64,000 nt of DNA from contig MU054212.1 of assembly GCA_013239625.1 (NCBI GenBank), positions 8,703,084 through 8,767,083 on the forward strand, in the 5' to 3' direction. Within the stretch, counting starts at the first letter, position 1, and each line of letters begins with the position of its first letter. Positions 37,512 through 51,384 of the stretch are shown here, piece after piece. The notes beneath the pieces were generated by a model, which saw only the letters and a list, made by a program, of their open reading frames with translations, made no database searches and had not been told where the DNA came from. This DNA is from Lama guanicoe. Lineage: Eukaryota. The translations under genes were made by a program, and so were the position numbers.

Positions 37512-40386
37512 CTAAAATGTTATACAACTTTAGAACCAAGATAAATGAAGCTGAAACAAGTATAGAAGACTGGAAATTCATTTCATATCCTTTAATCCTT
37601 ATGGACTATTTACTAGTTTAAATACAGACTGCTTTTGAACACAGTCCCTTTTATATATTACAAAAAAGAAGCTATACTATGTTAGGTATTGGAAATATAT
37701 AAATTGGAAACATATAAATGTTTCCAATGGTAGAGACAGACAGTGTAAAAATAATTATCTATTAGAATGATGTGATTCATTTATATGCCAAGTACATTTA
37801 GTGGTAAAAAGGAAGGCAGGCTATAACTTCAACCTAGAGAATACAAGTCTTAACGTATGTTACATTTATTGTATTGTTATTATACCCAAGAAGAATTTGT
37901 AGTATTAAATTGAATATTGGGGAATGGGGGATACAAATCATCATCTACCACAACATAGAACAGTCTCCCAAATTCCACTTCTCAATGATGTTATTAAGGC
38001 ACAAGAGAAATTTAGTTTTGGAATCTGTATGTTCATATAGTATCTTCAACTAGTCTACGGTTTGTTACTAAGATAATTAAAATATTATTAGGTTCCATAT
38101 ATCTGGTGGCTAATATTTATATAATGCTTAACAAGTATTTTATCATTAGAATATTTTAGTTGCACTGTTTTCATATCAGCTATAATTAGGAGGGAAGGGC
38201 AAGTCTTTGCTGATGATTTCAAAACTCATAATGCCTCTAAAGTTACTCTAAAAAAAAAGAGTAAATTTTCTTTTTATTAGAGTCCATCCCCATCCCACCT
38301 CTTTTTTTTTCTTTCTTTTTTCATCTCTAAGCCTAGATCTTGAAATGCTAGGAAATTACACACATGCATGAAAAATACACGGTATTATCAATTCTCTGTA
38401 TATATTTAGATGACACTGACAGCCAATTATTGATTTTTCTTTAAGCTCTTCCCTTAGAAAAAATGCTACCACTGGAGTCTAGCACATAGAAAACGATCAA
38501 ACATGATAAGAATAAATGAAACCTATTAAGAAATATACTATCCCAAGTGTGCTTTTAATTCATTACTATTTGTTTAAAAATCCCAATATTTTAAAAAATA
38601 ATTTTATTATAAGATATATCCCCTCTACAATGAAAGTGAGCTTAAGAGCAATGATAATTACCAGGAAGCTTGTTTTTCATAATGCCCCCAATTAACTTAT
38701 ATATTATTATTTTTTAATCAGTCTTAGAAAGTTCTAAAAAGAAACCTGGCTTATGGCTTTGACAATGCACGCATGCCTTAACTACAACCTACTCTCACCA
38801 CACCTTCACACTTCTACATGAGTTAATTCTAAATTCCCAATGCTTGATCAAGGATCAGGTAAGAAAGCAAAGTTGTCTGAAACAGCACCTTGGACTTCCT
38901 GATCGAGGAGAATGCAATGAGTTCAACTGGATCCTCCAAAGAGAAATTGTAGCCATTCTTATAAAGCCATAAATAAAATGGTAACTATACAGCTGAACCA
39001 TTGAGAAATAAGCAGTACAATTAATCTGAAAATAGTTATCATAAAACAAAAAGCAATAGCATTTTATACAAATACTGAGGGAAGAGCCAGCCAGTTACTC
39101 AGATACTCCTAGGAAGTACAACTTAGGTTACTCTATCATCCGGGAGAATTACTACTAAATATAGGTCAGACCCTATATTTAGAACTGGAGTAAAATACCG
39201 TTCATGGAATCATAATGGGGCTCTTAGTATGAAGTGATTCCCTGTCTTAAATTATTACCAAATAGAAAGAAATACAAGCCTTAGTGTCCGGTTGTTCCAA
39301 GTGTTATGGTATTACACCTCTATTCAAGCTCTTATCCATGGTGACCATGCGGACTTCAGCATTCCTGTCATTGAGTCAGCAGGGGCTTCACTCAGGTACT
39401 AGCTGAGAGCCCCAGTCAAATTCTTTCTGCCTTCGGAGTACTTAAACTGCTATAAACCTACAGTTCTAGGCAGTAATTGGCTTATCTTTATTTTAAGCTC
39501 CTTTCATTGGGGAAGAGCTCCATCCAGCCTCAGGTTTCATGCAGTGAGTTCTGGTCTAGTCCTTAAACTACCCTAGAGCACGTAAGCTCTTTTCACTCTA
39601 TAAGGATACTAATTTCTGCCAACCATGTCTGCTTCCAGACCAAAGCTCAGCAGGAACCATGCTGTGGCTCACATACTGAATTACGTTTCTGTACCATTTC
39701 TAGCCCGTGAAGATATTTACCTTGTTTTAAGAGTATGGCTATGTCTTCATTTTCTCCTTTTAAATTTTATCTGTCCCTCCTATATGTTTGAAACATAGAA
39801 GGAGGAAGCTTTAAGACTCAATGTCCACATAATTAATGTAAAAATGTTTTTCTGAAATCATCTGATGGTTAAGGAATACTATACTGTATCAACCTGGGAG
39901 GACATGGAGTAACAAGATAATGATTCTAATTCATCTTGTTTTACCATGGAACTACCTGGTTCTACATAGCTGTGTAGAACCGTATGAATATATACTCATT
40001 AATCTCTAACATGCATTTTTACATGTTTAAAAGCAAAAAATACTTAAAAGAGTAGTGTTTATCTCTAGGAACGGAATTTTTAGTGTACCTAAAACATAAA
40101 TAAAATAGTCTTATCATATAATGCTTTATTCATTTAAAAGGAAACTGGATATCTCACCAGATCTAATGATACTTAGCAATTAAATCCTCTTTCTATGCAA
40201 AATATGACTGCCTAATGTACAATATACAACACACTAAACACAAACTATTTTTTAACCAGAGAACAACTCATGTAAGCTTCTTTCTGGTATCCAGAATTAT
40301 ATTAAAGTTAATCTACAGAAGTAAAACATCAAAATCAATAAAGCTTGGCAACTAAGGTAACTCCCTTAAGAGAGAAAAACTGCTAC

Positions 40387-40484
40387 CTGTGGAGGTTCAC
40401 TTGGAGATCCTAGAGAGGAACAGTTTTCATTTTCATCCACCTTTATCTGTTCATAAGTTCGCTTCCTAGGCTTCTTATCGCCAT
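40387..40484 (-). CDS. RPRD1A: RPRD1A exon 4 (YGDKKPRKRTYEQIKVDENENCSSLGSPSEPPQ)
   Basis: Acceptor caattcag, donor CAG|gtagca, 98 nt. Confidence 0.95.
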
Positions 40485-40565
40485 CTGAATTGAACAAACA
40501 TTTAAGTTTTAACGAGACAGTGTACATTTTAATGAAGAGATGATGATAAAAGATTATATACTTAC

Positions 40566-40672
40566 AAAGAGCTTGCTTAAGTTGTTCTAATACATCATTT
40601 TCATAAACAGACCTTTCTTCCCATATAGATAACACTCTTCCAAGGTGCTTCTTACAACTCTCATCAGTCTCA
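40566..40672 (-). CDS. RPRD1A: RPRD1A exon 3 (SETDESCKKHLGRVLSIWEERSVYENDVLEQLKQAL), end of the CID domain
   Basis: Acceptor ttttctttag, donor TTT|gtaagt, 107 nt; CID motif IWEERSVY. Confidence 0.96.
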
Positions 40673-40764
40673 CTAAAGAAAAGATAAAAATGTTAACACT
40701 AAAAATACACAGTCTATTGAAAAGATAATGGTGATTTTAAACACCTCCCTCCCTGAAAAAAGCT

Positions 40765-41190
40765 GCCCAAATGTTTACTGAGCACCACTATGTACCAGCA
40801 GTTCAGGGATAAAGTGACCAAGACAGACATATTCCCTTAAAGCACTTAGAGACATATTATTAAACAAAAAAATTAGCAAAAATGGTGCAAGTGTTAGTAC
40901 TGGTGACTAGGGATTATCAAGAAGATGTCCCTGACCTAATGGGGGCTGAACGTGAAGCTAAGGAAGACTTCTAATGGGTGATTTTTAAATTTATTTAACA
41001 AATATTTATCGATCAAGGCACTATCTCTGACACTGGAGATACAAATGCAGCTTTATGGCAGCTGTAATTTGTAAATGCCAGAGTGTTAAAGACAAGCAGA
41101 GACCGAGCCCAGTTCAAGAGAGATCAGGCAGGGTATCTGAGGAAGGTTATTTGACGAAATGACATATTTTGTTTGAATTCTGAAGACTGG
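40765..41190 (-). mobile_element. L2 fragments (reverse)
   Basis: caaatgtttactgagcaccactatgtaccagca, plus a second 3' end atttatttaacaaatatttat...aggcactat. Confidence 0.6.
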
Positions 41191-41239
41191 GTACACGGGG
41201 AGAGGGAAACCAGACTACTCCCAACCACTTCCCTCCGAC

Positions 41240-41875
41240 TTCATCACTGTCACTGCAGACTGATGAGCCACTATTATCGCTCACCTGGATTTCTCTAACA
41301 GTCTTCTCACTGGTCTCCCAAGCCCTACTCTTTCATTCTATTCTCTGCTAATGCAAATCAGATCATACTCCTCTCACTCCTCTAAGAACCACCAATCATA
41401 CCAAGAATAAAAGTGAAATCCTTATCCTGAGCCACAAGGTGGACATGTTCTGCTTCCTGGCTACCTCTCAGTCCACGTTTCCCAAATACAAGTCTCCTTC
41501 CTGGCTGATCCTCCAACATGCCCAGCACATGGCTATCTCATTTTCTTCTGCCAGTGTTTTCTCCACCTAGAATCCTTTCCTCCTAGTCAAATGGCTCATT
41601 TCATCCCTCCCTTTAGTCTCTGTTCAAATGCCACCTCTGTAAAGCAGTCAATCTTTATCTCATGAAATAACTGAGCACCATCATACTCTCTAGTTTCTTC
41701 CCTGCTTTGTTTCTTCATAGCACTTATCTTCTGACGTTGTTAATATTCACTTGTCTATCTAATTACCTCTGTCATCCACTGAAATGTAAGCTCCACTACA
41801 ACAGAACTTTGTCTCGTTCACTACTGTATCATCGCCTAGCACATAGTAGGTGGTCAATAAATATTTTACTGAATT
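41240..41875 (+). mobile_element. L2 3' portion
   Basis: tctcacctggat...gtcttctcactggtctccc...aaatgtaagctcc...gcacatagtaggtggtcaataaatattttactgaat. Confidence 0.8.
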
Positions 41876-41889
41876 CTAGCATGATGCAA

Positions 41890-42650
41890 CATACATAAAA
41901 AAGCCCAAGGCAGAAAAAATTAAAAGAGGTTAACTGAACCTAAGCTGAAACTGTGTAGACTACAGAGTGCGTGTGTGGGAGAAACGTGACACAGGAGTCT
42001 GAAGGGGTAGACTGGGCCATGAAGGGACACCTGGAATCTCACTCAGGACTTGAGACTTGATCTCTAGGACAAATGAGAACCACCCAAAGGTAAGAGGGTG
42101 CAAGAGCTCTGCAACTCTGGTTACAGTTTCCTAAATGGATTAAACAATACTGGAGATTATTGTGATTATACAGAAATGACATTATGGTAAGTGAAATGGT
42201 AAGAAGTCTAAAGAGCTGAGGGAACTTCGGGTACTACATGGGATAAAGGAAGTGAAGGAGAAAGGACAGTGTGATGTATTATAAATCACTGTATCACAGA
42301 GAGTTCAAGATAACACCTAATTTCTCATACAGGCATCTGCATAGATGGAGTTGCCCCTCATCAAGAGAGTGAAACCTAGAGAAGAAGCAAGTGTCACAGG
42401 GAGCAAGGACATAATGAGTTCAATAACAGACACAGCGTGTTTGAGATGTTTGGAGGCATATGACTAAGAAAGCCAATACACACTTAGACATACAAGACTA
42501 AAACAAAGGGAAAACATCTGGACTGGAACATAAAACTTTCAGTTTCTAGGGTGTGGATAATAACTATATACATGAAATGTATGAAGTCACCCAGAGAACT
42601 AGTAAAGAATATGACACCAGAAGAGGGACTAGGACTGAAGTGGAACAAGA
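41890..42650 (-). mobile_element. L2 body (reverse)
   Basis: Purine-rich decayed L2 motifs (gactgggccatgaaggg, ataatgagttca...tgtttgagatg, catctggactggaac). Confidence 0.5.
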
Positions 42651-43439
42651 TAGTATCTAAACTGAAGGCTTAAATATTCATTTAAGAAAGCAACATACAG
42701 CAGTGTTTCACACTCTGTAATTTTTAAAAAATGTATCTACTGTGACTAAACCTGTAGGGCAGGTGGTGAATATATTTTCATCCTTAAATCATTCAACACA
42801 GACCATCATTCACCACTGGATTCTGTAATTCAGATTGATTTAATAATCTACCAAATATTTGCATATAATGTTTGGAAATAAACATGTGAAAAAGTTCAGA
42901 CTTCTACTCTCAGAATTTTTCTGTAGCAAAATTCTCAACAGGTTTGCTTATTTTAAATAAACATTCTGTATTTCCAAAGCATTTAAAAATGTTATGACAT
43001 ACTCACACTCTAGAAAACCTATAATCATTATAAGCAGTATGAGAGAAAAGGGTATCAAGTTTTTTCAGAAACGTTAGTTGAAAGATTGATAGTATTATAA
43101 GCAGACAAATTTTCAGTTCAACACATTCATTCATTCTTAATGAATTTCATTCCAATATGGTAGTTGCTTTTGGTCACTTAAAAAAAAACTGAAATTCAAG
43201 TACTTCAAATGCCCAACTCAGCAACAGTTCAAAAATTTTTTCCTTCACAGGAAGTACTTAACATATTTACAAACATCATTTCAAATGAAATGTCTTTTTC
43301 AAATGAAAGTCTTTTCAAATGAAAACTTCAAAGAAATATATTCCCTGTTTTTCACTTTAATGTCTTACAGGCAAGTTTTAGCAAAAGAACATATTAGGCA
43401 TTCAAAACAAATTACCTATACCCAAAACAATTATCATAC

Positions 43440-43569
43440 CTTGAAACATGCTTAAAAGCCTCCACTATAACTGGTGCAAAATCTTTTGTAAACTCCGGCC
43501 CCTTCCTTTTGCTGTTCTGAATGACATCATTGGCTAGGTAGAGAAAAGTAAGCTTCCTGTTTGGTTTGG
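43440..43569 (-). CDS. RPRD1A: RPRD1A exon 2 (AKPNRKLTFLYLANDVIQNSKRKGPEFTKDFAPVIVEAFKHVS), CID domain
   Basis: Acceptor ttgtttgtttgtttcag, donor AAG|gtatga, 130 nt; CID signature LYLANDVIQNS. Confidence 0.97.
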
Positions 43570-45489
43570 CTGAAACAAACAAACAAAATTAATCTACTTA
43601 AAATATCCTCACTTAACTTGGACAAGCTTTCTCAATATTTGAATTAAGCAGCTTGAGAACTACAACAAACCTACTAACCTTTGTGTGCCATGTTTGACCC
43701 TAGCTTCTCATTTTACTACCAAACTTATCAAGTCACTATTCTTTACAGAATAACTACTCTATGATTTCTGGAGATCACTCATGTGAGGAAAAAAGAGAAC
43801 TCAAGCGGCAGAGGTGGTCAATGAATTATCTGTTCCCTTACTGAGTCACTGAATTACTTATTCTGGATTGCTAATCTTATCATTATTTCCAAACTAAGTA
43901 GTTTTTTACACTGAAATCCTCACATCTGTGTAAAAATGCATTTCTGTGACTATCATGTACTAAGTTTTATTAAAACTGTTAAACACTACATGAAATATAG
44001 CCACTTAAAGCAAGATGGTGATTGATCATGTTATTAAAATAGTGTGCTAAATCTTTAGTTGAATTCATGACTTTTAATACCCATGCTGTATTAAAAATCA
44101 GTCATTAAGTTATTGCGAAATGAGAGAGTACAAAATGTGAAATAAGTTGAAATTATGTATGTTTTGTTTATGAAATAAGTATTTGCCAAGCTTAACAGAA
44201 TAAATGTTAGGGAGACCAAATGGACAAAGTTAAGATTTTTCCCAACTTTGGATTACATGGTCTTGAATAAGTGATTCATTTTAACAAAAATATGCTCTTA
44301 CTATATTCTGTAGGTATAGTCATCCTTCTAAAAGAGCAGACAAGATTTCAATAACTGTTGAGCAGAATATATTTTACTAGCTACAATGATAAGTGGTATA
44401 GTAGCACTGATTATGACAAGACTCATATATATAAGGAAAATTTCTTAGTTGAACATAATCTTTTATATTGACTATTTTCATTATGTAATTTTACTAGAAT
44501 TAAACTTGAATTATTCAAAGCCATACAATTATATTCAGAAACATCATACTTGTAGCATCCACATTACAATGGTGTAGGGGATTTATGATCAGGACTGATA
44601 ATCCAATGCACTATTCATGTGAGCCAGCTTATTGGATTTAAGACAAAAATTTGGGCATGCTGCTTTTGGTCCTCAAGATCTGAGTATTCAATTTAAAATT
44701 TAAGACACTTTTGAGTTCATATCCTTCTTTTAGGGGAAACTAGCACCCCAACCATCTTATAAGAAACTGTAAAATATTGAGTTACACCTGATCAGACTTT
44801 ACAGACCTGTGCTGCCATTGCATGACCTGGTTTGCCTGTCTGTGAGTTGCAGCCCACCTCTTTATATGCTTTTTAAAGTTGCTGGCATAGAATAAAAATA
44901 AGGAAGAAATGATAATACCAGAGAGCAACTTCTGATTGTTCTGGCTCTTGTCTGGTTAGTTAAACCCATAGAGTATGTAACTGGTTAAGATACCAAGACC
45001 CCTTACCATAAAGATGATAATAATATTAAGTTTCCCAATATTCAACCCTATCTCTTTTTATCCACCCCCTGCTCACAGAAATCCCCAAGGAAAGAAAAGG
45101 CCTTATTCAATCCAAGTATTAACAGTATTAGTTAATCCAAGTATTTGCCTTCTCAGCATCAAAACAAGCTTAAAAACTCAATGTGCTGACAATAACTCAA
45201 TTAAAAATATACAATTCAATGTTCTAAGCATTTTTATATATTACCTAATTTAATCCAAATAATATAAGGTACCATCATTAACTGCATTTGGCAGCTGAAC
45301 AAAAAGACATCAAAAAGGTTATCTCCCCACAGTGAAACAGCAAGGAAAGGACCGTCCAGGATTTGAATCCATAAAGTCCAACTCAAAAGCATTCCCTCTT
45401 TACAACTAGACTATGCCTCCTGTCACAAATGAAAGGGGATATTATTTTTTTTAGAAGATTTAATATCAACTCAACCAAAATATATTAGA

Positions 45490-45952
45490 ATGTTAGCAGC
45501 ATTATTCACAATAGCCAAAAGGCAGAAGCAATCCAAGTGTCTGTCAACAGATGAATGGATAAGCAAAATGCGGCATACACATACAAATGGAATACTATTC
45601 AGCCTTAAAAAGAAAGGACATTCTGACACATGCGACAACATGAATGAACCTAGAGGACACTATGCTAAATGAAACAAGCCAGTCACAAAAAGACATAGCA
45701 CTGTGAATCCATCTACATTAAGTACCCAAAGTAGTCAAATTCACAGAAAAAGTAGAATGGTGGTTGCCAGTGGCTAGGGAGAGAGAGAAATGGAGAGGTA
45801 CTGTTTAATGGGTATAGAGTTCCAGTTCTGTAAGATGAAGAGTTCTGGAGATGGATGCTGAAGGTAGCTGCAAAACAGTATGAATTACTAAATATCACTA
45901 AATTGCACATTTTAAAATGGTTAAAGTTATGTTTATTTTGCCACAAAAATTT
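45490..45952 (+). mobile_element. L1MB-like 3' end
   Basis: gcagcattattcacaatagccaaaagg...gatgaatggataagcaaaatg...taagatgaagagttctggagatggatg...ttttgccaca. Confidence 0.88.
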
Positions 45953-48584
45953 AAAGTATATATTTACGTTATTTTTCAAATTTGTGAGCTACTGACCTCA
46001 AAAATAATTTAGAATCTTTTCTGCAATATACACTAAACTAAAACTTTACAAGATTTCAACATGCATTCCCAGTATATTCCAAAGGACGAACTCTGTACTA
46101 GGAGCATGGCTTTAGAATGGGATCCAAATACCAAGACATTATTTTTATTTTTTTCTTTGTGGAACCCAGGCTTAAATATGAGAAATGCCTAGAAATTGCC
46201 ATAAATTATAACCTTCTCCAAATTTCCAGGGAAAAAAATTTACTTCCATTTAGTTTTATGTGTACCTTTATGTAGAACAAATAATAAACTAATGGAACTA
46301 ATCACAACAAGCAATTTCAGAAGAAAATCACAAAAATGATTTTCAAATAAATTTTGATAACCTGCAAATAACAGAGCCATAAATTGTTATTAAAACATAC
46401 AAAGTTAACAGAAGGGCAAACAACCCATTTCACAATTTTTAAAAGAAACAACACTATTAGCCACAGAATATAAGGCTAATTAATGGGTCTGACCTAATCA
46501 ATTCCTATGTCTCTACTGTTCACAGGGTTCCTTATAAAGACACCTATTTTTCCAATCTTCCATTCAATTTACTAATATTCATTTAATGTTTGCCATGTGC
46601 CAGGGACCATGCCAGGTACAGACCAAAAATAACCTTTTCTGATCAATCAGGAAGTTTGCAAGCATCATACAAACTGGCACACGATAGGTTACATGACTAA
46701 AAATGTTAGTTCTTTTTCTTTATTCTTTCTCTTCACTAATATATCACACCAACACCAGAAGCATTTGTAAGTACAATATTATATCCCAGTGTGTCTGTGT
46801 GTATACTGCTGTATTTAGATCAATAAAGGAAAAGCCAAATAAGGACCAGTCAACTTTTATACTGTGAGAATGCATTTTCTTGCATCTCACCTAAATGAAC
46901 CAAATTTTAAGCTCCTGTAGGTACTAAAGTCCTTTGTCCTTATCAACAGGTGCATCAAAATAACAATAATAATAAAATCTGGCTGACTAATAAGTGAGAA
47001 CACAGTATTACCTAAAAAGTTGAGCAAACTCCCCAAAAAGAGCAAGACAAGTTCAGTTCATCACACGAGAAGACGGTTACATAATAATTCACAAACAATT
47101 CAAATAAAAGATCAATTACAAATCAACCATACTTCAATTTTACAAAAAGGAGAACAGTCTGGGCTATTGAACAATATGAAACAAACTCAGTCAAAGGATT
47201 AAAGAAATGCCATCCAGTCTCACTAATTCATGATCAGTTCATAATGCAGTTTTACTTCTTCATAATTGGAAAGTGGCAGTATCCTTACTTATCTTCTTAC
47301 ACTGTTCAGATCATATGCCTACTTACTTTGATATGATATAGAAAGTCATAATGTAATTTAATCACTGTTTTTATGGAGATTGAAATTGAAAATGACAGTA
47401 GATGACAATGCTGATAAATAGCTAAAAAAATTTTGTGTTATCTATAAACACAACTTTCTTTCCAAAGAAAGCCTTCTACATAGAGAAGTAGAAAAAAATC
47501 TGACTAAACAAACATATATATATATACATACATGCATGTATACCCATACACACAACAATGAGCATTACCACAGGTCTTATAGAAGGAAATCAGCAGAAAA
47601 GCTATTATCTTGAAACAAAAATCAATTAAAGATTTATTAACAACTGTTGGACAGCCCTATTTATTTCCCTGATGAATTACAGACTAAAAAACATGTTCAT
47701 ATGGACACATAGGTGGTTGTAAGGCAGAAACTGCTTTAACTTAGTAATAACTCTTTTGTCACAGAAAGTGCAGAACCAAGATGATTCCTGAATGGATTCC
47801 ATCTGTCCCAGACAGCAGAGAGTTCAGTCAGACACAGAAGGCTGCTGCTTAATTGCTGAGGTGGGTGAAAAATGGATGGAGCTGCTATAGTCCCGTATCA
47901 CCACCAGGATGCCTCAGACTTTGGGCAGCCCATCTCTTGCTTAAAATCCTTCAAAGATGATCTGTTTTAACATTTGAAATTCTTAATATGACCCAAAGGC
48001 CCCAAAAGGTCTGTCTATACCCACCACACTCTTCTCTTTTCATGCCCAACTACTCCTCCAACTTCCCCAACTCCTACCATGCGCTAGACCTCAGTTAAAT
48101 GGGTTCCTCTAGTTTTCCTCTGACAACCCAGTACACACAGGTTAGGCAGCCCTGATATGCTCTCACTGCACCTCATACTTTTCCTATGGAGCACTTACCC
48201 CCGCTATAATTGTTTTTATTTAATCTAGTGCTTCCCAACTGAATTCCATCTAAAGCAAAAATTGTCAGTCTCATCTACCAATCCAAGGAATCAACCCCAA
48301 AAGCTGACTCATAATTTGCTCAGTATTTACTAACTCAATAAATTTTGGCCTAAACCTATGCCTTTAATTATTGTTCCACTAACCTGGCTTCTGGTCTTAA
48401 TCTTACCCAAAGGTGAAACGAAAACGCATGTAAAATTACACTACTCTCAGAAACCTCAACTTCAAATTCAGATTATGAAAGACAAACTTCTTTACAGATG
48501 TAGCTGCTCTTCCTTATTTTGATGTATTGAGTTCAAATATGTTCCTTTCCTCATCCTCATTCTAGAGTTCTCACAAATCAATAA

Positions 48585-49050
48585 CGTATTAAAAAAATGG
48601 GCAAGCAGTGTGAATGAGAAAGTCAAAGAAACACAAATGTTAAGCAAATAAAACCAACTATCATTTTCTACTTGTAGACTGATCAATATGAAAGCCTGAC
48701 ACTAACTAAAGTTAGCAAGAGTATGGGTGTCCCCTTTAAATACCTTCAGGTATTGGTGATTAAAATATAAATTAGAGCAACATCTTAGAAAAATAATTTG
48801 GGGATATCAATGAAAAATGTAAATGCAAAATCCCCTGGCCCTGCAAATTTCATTCTCTGAATTTATCCCATGGGTGTATTCCCATAAATGCACAAAGAAA
48901 TCACTAAGGATACTCGTGATGACAACAAGAAAGAGAGGCCTAAGTAAGTCATGGTACAGCTGAACAATCCAATACTCTACAGTCGTTCAAAAATGAGACA
49001 GATTTATATACTGATATGGAAAGATATCTAAGACATAGTATTTAGTTACA
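48585..49050 (+). mobile_element. Decayed L1ME-like fragment
   Basis: aaaaaatgggcaag...aaaatataaattag...aaataatttgg...tctgaatttatcc. Confidence 0.5.
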
Positions 49051-49589
49051 CACATCGACCTAAACACACACCCACAACAGATAGCTCTACTGTGAGGGAA
49101 GATCAAGAAAGAATTTGGCAGGGATCAAGAGTTATTAGCAAAGAATTAAATCATAACAGGGAAACATATGAGCTATATACTAAATGATCAGAGCCTACAT
49201 GCTGAAAAGGGCTTCTGGTTAGTGCTGACTTAGTGCTCCAGTCACTGACTTTGTCCGGCAGGTGCTTTTACCCAGGGTCTCTCCTATTTCAACTTCTGGT
49301 AAAAAACAAAACAACTCCACCTTGTTTCAGACAAATGGACATCTTTCCCATTTTAAAAGGCCAGGGGCAATCTTGGTTCCTCAAACCTTAAAAACTTTGA
49401 TTTTTGGTATATGCAACAAATGAACTCTTAAAATCTTGAAAAGAACAAACTTCATCCTGGACCACTACACCACTATAAAAGACACTGTGAACTAGAAGAG
49501 TTCTAAAGAATACACATCACATTGTTTATTCACATTATGCTTACATCCACTCAGAATTGAAACTAAAACCTCTTTTGGCTTATTAAAAA

Positions 49590-49692
49590 TATTTTTAAAA
49601 GTATAGTCAGTTACAATGTGTCAATTTCTGGTGTATAGGACAAAGTCCCCGTCATGCAGATATATACATACATTCATTTTCATATTCTTAAA
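49590..49692 (-). mobile_element. Short L1 3'-end fragment
   Basis: aagtatagtcagttacaatgtgtcaatttctggtgtatag...tttcatattctt, the reverse of an artiodactyl-type L1 tail. Confidence 0.65.
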
Positions 49693-51384
49693 TCTCTACC
49701 TTTCCTTTTATATACATTCCTCTTCTTGTACCAGCATCATACTCTTGCAGTTTCAATGTCTTTACAGTCTGCATGGATACCTAAAAGGGCATGCTACTTT
49801 CATTATTATTTTCCCTTCAAAATTGTCAACACTCACAAGACAAAAATTTCCTTGGTTCTTCCTCCACATTTACTTTTCCCAGTGATTTACAGAATTAGCT
49901 TTAAGTTTCTTTTAAGAAAACAAATTTCTCACAGACTTTCCTGAATTTACAGATTAATCTGGGGATAACTGACCTCTATGCAATAGATTTTTACTTAGCA
50001 TTTTTACCTACTATTGTACTTTTAAAAAATTACAACAATGTGTTTTAAACCAATAAAAAAGTAAAAATTAGTGTTCAGCATAGTTATATTAAAATAAGCT
50101 TGTTAAAATACTAACACAAATGTGAACCTGAAAATATCCTGTAATATCAAAGACAAAAAAACACCAGGAGAAAACATTAGTCTCAGAGTTCCAAACGATG
50201 TGTCCCAATCCCAATATAAACACCAATTTGTAAGAGGACTTCTACTTCTGGGAAGATAGAGCAGACATACTTGTCCCTATTTCTCCTGCAAAGTACAACT
50301 ACAAACCCTGGTCATCACAAATAAAGCAAACATGAGACAAAAGAAGGCAGACTGGCTAGAGACCTTGGGATCCAAAGAACAACACAAGGTGAGTTCCCAG
50401 AGCTTTCATGTTGCCTCATATATCTCAGATTCAAAGTTGAAGAGGCCAGCAACCCAGAAATCCTAAGAGGTGCAGACATAAAGAGCTAAAACAAAAGCCT
50501 CCTCACTCTAGCCAAAGGACCAGGAAAAGGACAGCACAGTAAGACAGAAAACTTTTAGATAATAACCAGGCTACTCCAGCCAAACAGACCACAGAAAGGA
50601 AAAAGAGAGAAAGAAAGAAAAAAAGCTGCAATCCCACTCACATCCACACCACCAAATGCTGTGATCTGGAGCCCAATACCTCTCCAGAGTGGTGTCAGAG
50701 AAGGCAAAGTAGGGAGCCTGGACTTCCACTCTCACCTAGCAGTAAAGCACTCCCCAGTGGGCTGATGTCACAGAAGGCTTAGTGGAAAGTCAGGACTTCA
50801 TCATGGCCCAGCAGTATTAGGGCCACACATTCCTTCCTCCAACTCTAGTATCAGTGGAAGTCTTGTGGGGAGCCAGCATTCCCACTTGCACCCAACGGTA
50901 ACCTTAAGATGTAGTGTCAGAGAAACCCAGCTGTTAACAGGATTAAATAAGGACCAGCGTCTCATAACATAATACAAAGAAACTATGGATCAATAAAAAA
51001 TCATTCAACATACCAAGTACCAGGAGGATCTCAAACTGAATGAAAAAAGATAATCAACAGATGCCAACACTAAGATGACAGAGATTTGAGAATTATTTGA
51101 CGAAGACTTTAGGGCAGCCATCATAAAAATGCTTCAACTAGCATATGCAGGTGTGTCAAAAATACAAAATTAATGGGATAAAGTTGAAGCAGTGCTGAGA
51201 AACTTGTAGCACTAAACGCACACATTAAAAAAGATGAACAAGTCTAAAATCAATAAGCTAAGCTCCCACTTCAATAACTTACAGTAAGAGAAAAATAAAC
51301 TCAAGCAAACAGGATGAAATAATAAATGTAACAGCAGAAATTAACAAAACTGAAAACATAAGAATAAAGAAAAAACTGCTTTCC

